Origin: a virus
DNA: 64,000 nucleotides
IMG/VR virus record: IMGVR_UViG_3300020411_000003
Reading direction: 5' to 3' (one strand)
The notes beneath the pieces were generated by a model. That model was not told where the DNA came from, made no database searches, and saw nothing but the letters and a program-made list of their open reading frames with translations. Positions 49,205 to 58,800 of the stretch are shown in pieces. How positions within the stretch are numbered: the first letter of the stretch is position 1; each line of letters begins with the position of its first letter. The position numbers were made by a program, and so were the translations under genes.

Positions 49205-50131
49205 TTAGGTCTTGCAGAATAATGTTACTCTCACGAGACCGTGAGCACCCTCAGAGGAGCAGCAGCAACCGCCACCAAACACCTGAGCAGATGTACCACC
49301 AGAACCAGGAACACCGTTTCTCCAACAGTCTCCTGATAGTCCACCATTGTTACCACTCATCCATAATGTTTGTCTTCTACCACAAGATGCCATATCAGGT
49401 TTTCTTGCAGCATTAACAACACCATAACGAGCACCAAACATAGGAGGGTTAGGATGATAATCCTTCTTCATGCACCAGTTACCGCAACCAGGGTTGCAAT
49501 CATAATGAATGTATGGTGAAAGACCGTTCCAATACCACTTACCAGCTCTCTCACATGATTCCATGCAATCGCTGCTCTTAAGGTCATAATGCTCATACTG
49601 TCCTCTACAGCAAGCAGGACCACATTGATGTATCCTTGTCCTACAAGCGAAGTATGAATCAACCCAGTGACAACAGTTCCAACCGTGACAACCACCACAA
49701 GCACAGAAGTCACTTAATCCAGGACCACTAATGTATGACTTACATCCGTCAAAACCACCTCTAGATGGGTGACGACATGTACCACCTGCTACACAGATGT
49801 CATAACAGCATCCATCTAATTGGGAGACTCCTTGTACTTGAGCACAAACTGTACATGATTGATACTGTCCAGAGAACCCGTTCCAAGCAATTGAACAACA
49901 ACATGTACCAGAGCCTCCTCCTCCACCGCCCCAGAGTTCGAACTTAACTTTACAAATGCAGCAGTTTGGAACGCACCATCTTATACGCTGCCAGTCATAG
50001 TTGTAAGAACTTCCGAACTCCCAACAGTGGTTGCCTCTGTAATATAATTGATGTTGCCCACCACCCATATAAGTCTGAATAGGGACTATATTGGCATCAG
50101 GTACATCTAATAAATCTCGTAAACTTGACAT
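49205..50131 (-). CDS. Cys/Gly-rich protein C
   Basis: Paralog of A and B; 35 Cys in 308 aa. Confidence 0.8.
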   Translation of the reverse strand: MSSLRDLLDVPDANIVPIQTYMGGGQHQLYYRGNHCWEFGSSYNYDWQRIRWCVPNCCICKVKFELWGGGGGGSGTCCCSIAWNGFSGQYQSCTVCAQVQGVSQLDGCCYDICVAGGTCRHPSRGGFDGCKSYISGPGLSDFCACGGCHGWNCCHWVDSYFACRTRIHQCGPACCRGQYEHYDLKSSDCMESCERAGKWYWNGLSPYIHYDCNPGCGNWCMKKDYHPNPPMFGARYGVVNAARKPDMASCGRRQTLWMSGNNGGLSGDCWRNGVPGSGGTSAQVFGGGCCCSSEGAHGLVRVTLFCKT

Positions 50132-50152
50132 TTCGGCTACCCGTTATTTTTA

Positions 50153-50476
50153 TTAGTTGGACAGTATGGACCATCCGTAAGCAGAGCCTGTATAGATCAG
50201 TTCAAGTGAAGCATTTTTAATGTCGAAATCTAAGTTTTCTGCTAAGTTAGCAATTTTGTGACCATTGCGATCAACTGTTACTTTATTAGTGTCACAATTT
50301 CCAGCAGCATCAATTAAATTGATACGATCACCAATCTTACCATTTGCAGGTAAAGTAATTGTGAATGCTGATCCTGTTGTGTCAAGTAATAATATTTGTC
50401 CAGCTAAAACTGAATGAGCAGATGTAACTGCTACAGTTTCTCTTGTGTCAGATACTGGTGTAAGGTTGCGTCCCAT
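50153..50476 (-). CDS. small structural protein
   Basis: DTT..AFTITLP....GD.I...D motif shared with 55396-55857; late promoter at 50501. Confidence 0.7.
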   Translation of the reverse strand: MGRNLTPVSDTRETVAVTSAHSVLAGQILLLDTTGSAFTITLPANGKIGDRINLIDAAGNCDTNKVTVDRNGHKIANLAENLDFDIKNASLELIYTGSAYGWSILSN

Positions 50477-50510
50477 TTTTCTAATATCTCCGTGTGTTTC
50501 TATTTATTAA

Positions 50511-50834
50511 TTAGGAAGTTGTTTCTTCAACACCGTAAGCAGAGATACTCACGCCAGTTGTGTCTGAGAAAGCAACAAGTTTCTTACCCGTTTGCATGGC
50601 GAATCCCGTTCTTTCAAGAACTCCATATCCTCCAATCTCAGCATTGTACTCAACATACTCAGCAGCAGTTGGTGTATCAGCAGCCGCAATAGCGACTCTT
50701 ACATCAACTGGGGTTGCATTAGTATTAACAATGTTGAAATTACAATATGCTACTGTACTTGCTGGTACAGTATATATTGTTGTTAATGTGTTTGCGGCTA
50801 GGGATGCTTGAGTCCCCAAAATTCCAGAAGCCAT
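50511..50834 (-). CDS. small structural protein
   Basis: Single copy of the repeat found twice in 36717-37850; late promoter at 50874. Confidence 0.7.
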   Translation of the reverse strand: MASGILGTQASLAANTLTTIYTVPASTVAYCNFNIVNTNATPVDVRVAIAAADTPTAAEYVEYNAEIGGYGVLERTGFAMQTGKKLVAFSDTTGVSISAYGVEETTS

Positions 50835-50891
50835 TTATCTATTCTCCGTGTAGCAGATGTAGTGGTTATATGATATTTATAAAGTGGGGGA

Positions 50892-53800
50892 TCAAACAGA
50901 CCCTGCCCAGAAGACGTATCCTTTAGTCGTACGTGTTGTATCGACGTAAGTCTTAACAGCACGTTGTGTAGGAACTTTTTGGTTTGAGTTAGCAGAAAGT
51001 GTAACGTCAGAAGAGAATTCTGTGATACTTTCACCCAACTGAGCACCGATAGAACCCAATCTCAAGGATGACAGACCAGATAGGTCAAAGGATGATGCGT
51101 TCAATGTAGTTGAACCAGTTGCCTGGTTGACCTTGAAGTAACGTCCAACAGTGAAGTTACCATCTTGGTCTGTTGATACAAAGAATACACGTCCTGGGAA
51201 GTCCTCAGTAACTTCATTACCTGGTGCTGGATCCACTAATGGATCTCCAGGCCAGTTAGTTTGTATTTTGTTTCCTGTACCTAAGTCTAGGAAGTCATGA
51301 CCAGTTAGACGAACCTGACTGTAACCATATCTGATCTTATAGTCCTGTCCATCAAAGGTTCTTGTAGGTTTCTCAGCAGCAAGAACAATTAGTGCAGTAC
51401 CAGTTGTATCTGTCTGTGAGTTTGTCACCTGCATGAACTCATTATCAATCTTGATGTAGTCGTTGATATTGAAACCAGAAGCATCAGTGATACGGATATC
51501 TGTCTGAGAGTTATTAATATCTCTCAAGGTATCTGTCTGATCGACAACTTTAATTTCAATAGCACGAACTGAATCGCCACTGGTATGAGCAGTAGCATTA
51601 GTTCCTTCAACTCCACGAGTAACATCCATAGATGTTGCTGTTGGGAATGAAGTGATTGACATCATTTCATCATTGATAATACAATATGCTCCGATTGAGA
51701 ATCCACTAATTGTATTAACATAGATTGTTGTGTCTGAAGCACTGTTAACAGCAGAACTCAAGTTAGTAGCACCACCGTACTGATATCTGGTAATTAATTC
51801 CAAACCATCATGTGCAGCAGCTGCACTACCTAGAAGTCCTCTAGTAGCAGTCAAGTTACCTCTTCCAGCAGGAGCAGTGTAAGAAGAGTTAGCAATAACG
51901 AATGTAAATGGTTCTTCACCAAGTCCACCAGCACCAGTAACGAATTCAACTGAACCACCTGGAACAGGAGCAGATCCTCTACCAGTTATGGCAAGTACGA
52001 ATCCATTCTGTCCACCGACAGCATCAGCATTGTTAACTAGGTTACCTTGAACTCCAGAAGTTTGACCATCAATAACTTCGTTTTGTACGAATGTTCCTTT
52101 GAAAGGTCTATAAAGAATCTTAGAAACACCTGCTTGTACTGAGATGATTTCTCCCACAGCACCAGATGTTAATCCGATAACTCTTTCACCTGTCAACCAA
52201 ATACCATCGGTTGCACCAGGAACGATTGTTGATTCATCATATTCAAGTGATAAACCATCGATCTTACCATCGAGAGTTGTTTCATTAGTATCGAATCCAG
52301 AAGAAACAATACCGTATGTACCCCAAGAACTGTTACCAGCAAGAGATCTGATTCTTCCACCTCTGGTAGAAGCATAAGAAACATGACAGTAGTAAGTGAA
52401 GCAAGATACAATTTCAGCACCTGCCTTGTTAGTACACCAGAAACCAACTCCACCATCTTCGTGGATTTGTGTCCAAGAGTCAAACACCATTGTTTTGTTT
52501 GATCTATTATCAAACGTAACAGCATTTGCAGAAGCACTTACAAATGTATGTGCATACTGATCAGCAGGAGCAGCAATACCTACGTTAACTGTAATAGTTG
52601 TTGCATCTGCTGCGGTGATTAGAAGTTCCTTACCAAATGCAGGGTCAGTTGTACGTGGATATGCATGGTTAGATGCACCACCGTTCTTAGTACAATTGAA
52701 TGTAATAGATGCTTGTGCTAACTGAATACTAGATCCAGTAGTAAGTCCATGACCTGAACCAAGAGTAAGAGTTAAATCACCAGTCGAAGGATTGTAAGTA
52801 GCACCAGTTGGTGTAAACTGTGCGGTATTATCCCACTTAGCGTGAACGTCACCATCAATAACAGCACCAACACCTGTTGCACCGAAGCAAGAACAGTTAG
52901 AGACATAAGGTGATCTCTTAATTGGTGAGTTAGGATCTAGACGTACATAAACACCACCAATTGTAGCAGTGTTAAGATCTTTAGGATCAGACAAAGAAGG
53001 AACGAATCCAACCATTCCGTCCATAACCATGTCCTTAAGCATAGTGGTGCTTCCTAGCATCCACATAGTTAAGTTTTCGTTGTTGATAGGTGTTACACTA
53101 CTGATAGCGATATCTGTAGCACCTGCTTCATATGTGTCTGAAGTTGTCCAGAGGTTAGCATTAGCTTCTCTAGTTACACTTCCAAGTCCTGAAGATAATC
53201 CAGTTGTTGCAACTGTAACTAATGTGTTAATAGCAGCATCTTGAACAACACAGGTTGCCTGTCCATAATTATTGATATCTGTAATAGTCTCGTTCTTAAC
53301 CTGACCTAATCCATGTGTACCTTGTACAGTAATGGTTGTATTGTTAATTACATCTTGAGCAAGAGGAGTAAAGTATCCTAAGACAGAAACAACTTCTGCT
53401 TCGTTACCATTCCAGTAGTTAGTAGTAATCCAATCATCAACTGTATCATAAACACGGTCGTTACCACCATAACCTAAGTTAGCAGTGATATCCTGAACAA
53501 GAGTAGCAAGTTTGCTCTCAAATACAGAAGCATCTCCACCAGGAGGGTTAGTAATAGTAACACCACCAGCAGCAGCTTGTGCAATAGTTTCTTTGACAAG
53601 GAACTGTGTGTTAGATGTTAATAAGTTATATGCGTCACCAGTTTTGTTATTAACAAATCCATCGGTCTGAACATAAATGTCAGAACCACCTTCTCTAACG
53701 TCAATAACTTCACCAGTCTTACTTCCATCACCAGATGTGATACTAGAACCAAGAACTCTATACTGAGCATCAGGTACTTGTGCAAGAGTAAGTTTAACAA

Positions 53801-54983
53801 CACTTGAAGGTTCACCAGCTCTTGCTTGAATCCTTGAGGTTCTTAGGTTATCACCAACGATACCTACACCTTCAGGAACCCTCATTGGAAGGATTTCGTT
53901 ATATGTACCTGCTTTAACGTAAATTGTTGCAGGACCAGTTACATTATCTACAGCGTGACGAACTGTTTTCCATGCTGCTGTAATACTATTACCAGCATTA
54001 AGGTCAGAACCTTCTGGAGTAACATAATAAACTTTATGTGTAACGTGACTCTCTTTCCATGATGGATATCCTGTTGAGTCAACAGTTAAAACTTTATTCT
54101 CTGTACCAATAGGCAATCTAGCAGGACCAGCACCACCTTGATAAAGAACGTCACCAGATGTTGTTAGAACGTTTGCTGATGCTCCTTCTGCTAATGAATT
54201 CCAATATGTACCATTAGTATCTGTTTCTGGAGCCTGTGCAGAGTTTTCTGTAACACAAATATGTGAGTTACTATTTCTAGTAACAGCATCACCTGGATAA
54301 TAAGTTGTACCTACATCCCAAGTACCTCTCCATGTGAATCCTCCAACAATGAAATCCCAATCACTTGGATTACTGGAAGGAGAACTATTAATGTTTGTTG
54401 TTTTAGCAACGTAAGAGTTACCACCTAAGAGAACAACATCACCTGGAGCATATGTTGTAGTAGAATTCCAGTTACCAACAACCTTGAAACCTGTGGTTAG
54501 GATATCCCACTGGACACCGATACCGTTATTTGGCTGAATAGCGGTACTAGTTTGAAGAGCGATGTATGAATAACCACCGTATGTTACGATGTCACCTTTC
54601 TGATACTCTGTGGCAGAATCCCAAGTATCTTCAAACTTAAGACCATCCAAGTAGGCAGAGAACTTAGCAGGATCGAAAGTTGCCGTTGATGTGTGAGGAG
54701 TAGTAGTTCGATAAAGAACGTTACCGTATTTTACGATATCATTGTTTTTATAGAACGTAGTAGCAGCCCATTCACCAGCATTGTAAATCCCTTCGGTGTG
54801 AAGCGACCAACTTCCAGCGTCAGTTCCGTACCATTGAGATGCCGTCGAAACCGATGTGTGGTTTACGGTAGCAACATAAGTGTTAGCACCAAATTTAACA
54901 ATGTCATCGATGACATAAGCAGTGTTAGCTGCCCAGTCACCTCGCCAGTTAAATTTTAGTCTTCCAAGTCTAAAATCTGCCAT
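50892..54983 (-). CDS. 1363 aa tail-fibre/receptor-binding-like protein
   Basis: About six N-terminal W...T.Y..GD.V..G..Y (CBM5/12-like) repeats; YYV..EGSD.N.G...AWKT beta-helix start; C-terminal VPTQRAVKTYVD. Confidence 0.8.
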   Translation of the reverse strand: MADFRLGRLKFNWRGDWAANTAYVIDDIVKFGANTYVATVNHTSVSTASQWYGTDAGSWSLHTEGIYNAGEWAATTFYKNNDIVKYGNVLYRTTTPHTSTATFDPAKFSAYLDGLKFEDTWDSATEYQKGDIVTYGGYSYIALQTSTAIQPNNGIGVQWDILTTGFKVVGNWNSTTTYAPGDVVLLGGNSYVAKTTNINSSPSSNPSDWDFIVGGFTWRGTWDVGTTYYPGDAVTRNSNSHICVTENSAQAPETDTNGTYWNSLAEGASANVLTTSGDVLYQGGAGPARLPIGTENKVLTVDSTGYPSWKESHVTHKVYYVTPEGSDLNAGNSITAAWKTVRHAVDNVTGPATIYVKAGTYNEILPMRVPEGVGIVGDNLRTSRIQARAGEPSSVVKLTLAQVPDAQYRVLGSSITSGDGSKTGEVIDVREGGSDIYVQTDGFVNNKTGDAYNLLTSNTQFLVKETIAQAAAGGVTITNPPGGDASVFESKLATLVQDITANLGYGGNDRVYDTVDDWITTNYWNGNEAEVVSVLGYFTPLAQDVINNTTITVQGTHGLGQVKNETITDINNYGQATCVVQDAAINTLVTVATTGLSSGLGSVTREANANLWTTSDTYEAGATDIAISSVTPINNENLTMWMLGSTTMLKDMVMDGMVGFVPSLSDPKDLNTATIGGVYVRLDPNSPIKRSPYVSNCSCFGATGVGAVIDGDVHAKWDNTAQFTPTGATYNPSTGDLTLTLGSGHGLTTGSSIQLAQASITFNCTKNGGASNHAYPRTTDPAFGKELLITAADATTITVNVGIAAPADQYAHTFVSASANAVTFDNRSNKTMVFDSWTQIHEDGGVGFWCTNKAGAEIVSCFTYYCHVSYASTRGGRIRSLAGNSSWGTYGIVSSGFDTNETTLDGKIDGLSLEYDESTIVPGATDGIWLTGERVIGLTSGAVGEIISVQAGVSKILYRPFKGTFVQNEVIDGQTSGVQGNLVNNADAVGGQNGFVLAITGRGSAPVPGGSVEFVTGAGGLGEEPFTFVIANSSYTAPAGRGNLTATRGLLGSAAAAHDGLELITRYQYGGATNLSSAVNSASDTTIYVNTISGFSIGAYCIINDEMMSITSFPTATSMDVTRGVEGTNATAHTSGDSVRAIEIKVVDQTDTLRDINNSQTDIRITDASGFNINDYIKIDNEFMQVTNSQTDTTGTALIVLAAEKPTRTFDGQDYKIRYGYSQVRLTGHDFLDLGTGNKIQTNWPGDPLVDPAPGNEVTEDFPGRVFFVSTDQDGNFTVGRYFKVNQATGSTTLNASSFDLSGLSSLRLGSIGAQLGESITEFSSDVTLSANSNQKVPTQRAVKTYVDTTRTTKGYVFWAGSV

Positions 54984-54994
54984 TTGTTTTTCCT

Positions 54995-55399
54995 TTACTT
55001 AGGTCCCTCGGTTGTATAATCGTAAGTTTCATTAAAACGAACAGTAAAATATCCGTTATCATCTATAAAGTAGGTTACTTTTCTACTGTCAAATCTGTAT
55101 TGTTGATATTGATCTTGTGGATGATTCACATATGATTTAGATTCTGTAGTTTCTTCTACGTAATCTGTCATTCCAGTTGCAATATCTAGGTACGGAGTAC
55201 CGTCTTTACGATGGAAAGTTACTACATCGTCATCAATACTTCTGATTTTAGTGTAGTTAAGCATGCCATCAGCATCTCTGCTTAAAGCATGTATGGTGAA
55301 ATCGTTTCCAAGATCATAGTTGTTGCTGGCAAAACCGCCACCACCACCGCCAGTGCTAGTGCCACCGCCTCTAAAACTATCGCTAATGTACATTGTCAT
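54995..55399 (-). CDS. hypothetical structural-region protein
   Basis: ATG 55399 overlaps the upstream stop (ATGA). Confidence 0.7.
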   Translation of the reverse strand: MTMYISDSFRGGGTSTGGGGGGFASNNYDLGNDFTIHALSRDADGMLNYTKIRSIDDDVVTFHRKDGTPYLDIATGMTDYVEETTESKSYVNHPQDQYQQYRFDSRKVTYFIDDNGYFTVRFNETYDYTTEGPK

Positions 55400-55857
55400 G
55401 TGACAATAACCCTCCAGTAAACTCCTTCCCAAATAAGTTGAACACCTGCGCCTTTAACGTCAAATACCAGTGGCGATGAAATTACACCAAACGTATTTTG
55501 AAATTGTCGTCCGATAGGGTCCGTCAGAGTAACATTATTTATATCCCAACTAAACTTTACATCAATAAACTCAATTACGTCTCCAGACTTAGGGACTAAT
55601 TGATTATTGTAAAGTGGAAGTGTTAACGAGAGAGGACCGTTAGATGAATCAACGAGATAACGAAGGCTTGTTCCTAGAGTTTGATTAGAATTAATATATT
55701 CCCATCGTGCTCTAAAAACGTCAAATCCACCAGTGGTGGTTCCGTCATGAATGACGGCCATATTTTTATCAGTATCAATCGTCAGTTCACCTTGCGCACC
55801 AGTAAAAAGTGCATGTTCAGCTGTAGTACCTCTTCGGAATTGAACCTGAGTTGTCAT
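55396..55857 (-). CDS. Mtd-N/hyaluronidase-N-like domain structural protein
   Basis: QVQFRRGTTAEH..FTGA.GELTIDTDK...HDG.T.GG. Confidence 0.8.
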   Translation of the reverse strand: MTTQVQFRRGTTAEHALFTGAQGELTIDTDKNMAVIHDGTTTGGFDVFRARWEYINSNQTLGTSLRYLVDSSNGPLSLTLPLYNNQLVPKSGDVIEFIDVKFSWDINNVTLTDPIGRQFQNTFGVISSPLVFDVKGAGVQLIWEGVYWRVIVT

Positions 55858-55899
55858 CAGTGATTATTCGATACCAAGTATATTTATGAGATATTTATA

Positions 55900-58800
55900 T
55901 TAGATGATCCAACCATAAGATCTTGGTGGTGCAACTTGTATGCGTCTTGTGTCAGCATCACCAACGTGTAGAATAATTCCACCTTCGGATACAAATCTCT
56001 GATAAGGTGCAATAACTGTAGTTGAAACGTCAATCTCAATTGGGCAGTGTCCGTCGTAACTGAAGACACGGAGGACTTCTGCACTTGAGAGAGAAGGTAT
56101 GTTGCCTGAACCAACAAATGCCTTGACAATAAGAGGAACATTGTCCTCTTCGAAGACATCGATTCTTCCTGTACCCTCTTCGATTCTTGTGATACTGGAA
56201 GCAGATTCTCCATAAATTTGTGCGGAACCTTCTCCAACATATCCTTTCCTTGTGAAGGATTCTGCACCTGATCCTCTGACCTCGACAGTAACATCTGTAA
56301 GAATGTTTCTTGTAACTGCCTGTCTTGCAACACCCAAGAAGTCGAAGATTGCAACATTCTCGACTGCAATTGCTCTGGATTCGGATGCATTGTTCCATGT
56401 GAAGAATGATCCAGTTCCAACTGTGACTCTTGTTCTTGGAGTATCCGCAGCACCAAATACATGTACAACTCCATAGAGTTCTGGAGAGAATGTAATTGTT
56501 TCTGCTGCACCAGAGAAGTTGTATAGATTTCCAAATCCTGAGTATGCTTCTGTATGTTTCTCGTCTGCAACACCAGAAATAGTAAGATTGACTTGAGAAG
56601 TCCAGTCAAATGTGCGACGTTCAATACTAGTGACGAAGTTGAATAGATTTCCGAATCCAACTTCTGCGTATGTTGTTGCTTCCTCTGCACGACCCTTGAA
56701 TGTAAAGAGTCCTGTTGCTTCTGGTACAACTCCAACACTTTCCGAAGCACCAGAGAATGCAAAGAGTGTACCAAATACAATCTCTCTTCTGACAACAACC
56801 TGACTTGAAACACCACCAATAGAGAATAGTGCGGTAGTCTCGTCTGGGTTGACAGTGAAACTCTCTGAAGCACCACTGATGTTGAAGATACGTCCTTCTC
56901 CAACAAAGTCCTTTGCAATACGTTCGGATGTATCGACATCGACGTAGATAGTACCAGAACCAATATTGTTTGGTGTAAATCTCTCGAATGCCTCTCCAGT
57001 AATATCGAGTGGTACTGGTACTTCGTCTGGACTCCATACAACATTTTCTGTTGCCCTTGTGCCACCAATAGAGAATAGTAACTGTCTCTCTTCTGGATTG
57101 AAGGTAACACTTTCGGATGCACCACTGATATTGAAGATGCGTCCTTCTCCAATAAAGATTTTGGTACGAGAGAATGTTGAAGTAACATCGATTGTTGTAG
57201 TACCAGAACCAATCCAGTTTGGAATGTACTTGACACTTGCTGTACCACGTACTTTGGATTCGATGGTGAATCTTTCGCTGAAGGTTTGTTTGAATGAACC
57301 AAACCCTTTGAACACCATGTCTGCCTGGAATTCTGGCAGAACGAATGTAACAGACTCTGATGCACCACTGATACTGAAGATTCGACCTTCGCCAACCCAA
57401 ACCTTCGTCTTGGATGAAGTACCAGCACCATAGATATCGACTTCGATTCTTGGTTGCTCTGCAAATGTGAGGATTGGTTCTGTAACTTCTCCAAAGATTT
57501 GAAGATTTGCTTGACCAATCTCTCTGTATGTGGCACTGATACCTGCTTTCTCTGGACGGAATGCAATATCTGCTTGGAATGCAGGTATCTTGATTGTAAT
57601 AGCTTCGTCTGCTGCTCCAATAGAGAACAGTCCACCTTCTCCAAAGTGAATATCGACGTTGACAACAATCGCATCTCCACTGAGATAGATGTCTCCAAGT
57701 GGTTGTTCTGCGAATGTAAGTAGTGGATCCGCAATCTCTCCAAAGACTGTGAACGAACCAAATCCAATATTGCCACCAAAGGTGAAGCTCTGAGTGACAG
57801 CACCCTTGAGAACTGCGTCTGCTGTAAACTCTGGAAGTTTGAGAGTAAAGGATTCTGCTGCACCACCAACAGAGAAGACCTGACCATCTCCTGTGTAAGC
57901 GTGTGTCCTGAGAATATCTGCTTGACCGTATACTTCTGTACGACCAAATGGTTGCTCTGCGAATGTAAGTATTGCAGGACTTGCTGTTCCACGTACTTCT
58001 GTGTGAACCAGACCAGCAATAGCAATTGCACGACTCTCGTCGAGACGACCTGTAAAGTCGAATAGTGCTCCAAGTTCGAGTGGGTTGAATGTAACCGCTT
58101 CGACTGCACCACTGAAGTTGAAGATTCGACCTTCGCCAGTCCAATGCTTCGTAATAAGTGGTACGACAGAAACGTTGAATATCTCTGTATGAGATTGACC
58201 AACCCAATCGTCTGTCTGTCTTTCGATTGCAGTACCAGAAAGATCGATATCGACAGTAAACTGTTCTGAAGCAGTAAACTTCTGACTTGCAAGTCCACCA
58301 AATGTAAGATCTGCTTGGAATGCAGGTATGTCGATTGTAATCGCTTCTGCACTCTGACCAATAGTGAATAGGTTTCCAGATCCATGGAAGTGGAGACTGA
58401 AACTTTCGGCCGCAGTACCAGAAACATCTGTAACAACGAATCTGAATACGTCTGATACAACTGCCTCTTGACAAGTACCAGATAGTTCCATATGAGCAGA
58501 ACCAACTTCTGCTGTGATGAACTTGAGATCTGTGTAACCACCAGCAAACTTGAATAATGGTGGTGTTGTTGGAGGAATAACAACAGTACATTCTGCTGCA
58601 CCACTCCAAGTCCAAAGTGTTGGATCGTTGGTAACCCACTGAGGTGGTACACGAACTTCTCCTTCGGCACGAATCTTGATCGCATGATCCCATTCGGTAG
58701 CATCCGATATAAAGATCTTGGTCTGAGAATCGTGTGCAAGAGAAGTAAAGCTGACAAGTTTTCCAAATGGGTATTCGGAAACTTTTGTACGGATGGAACT

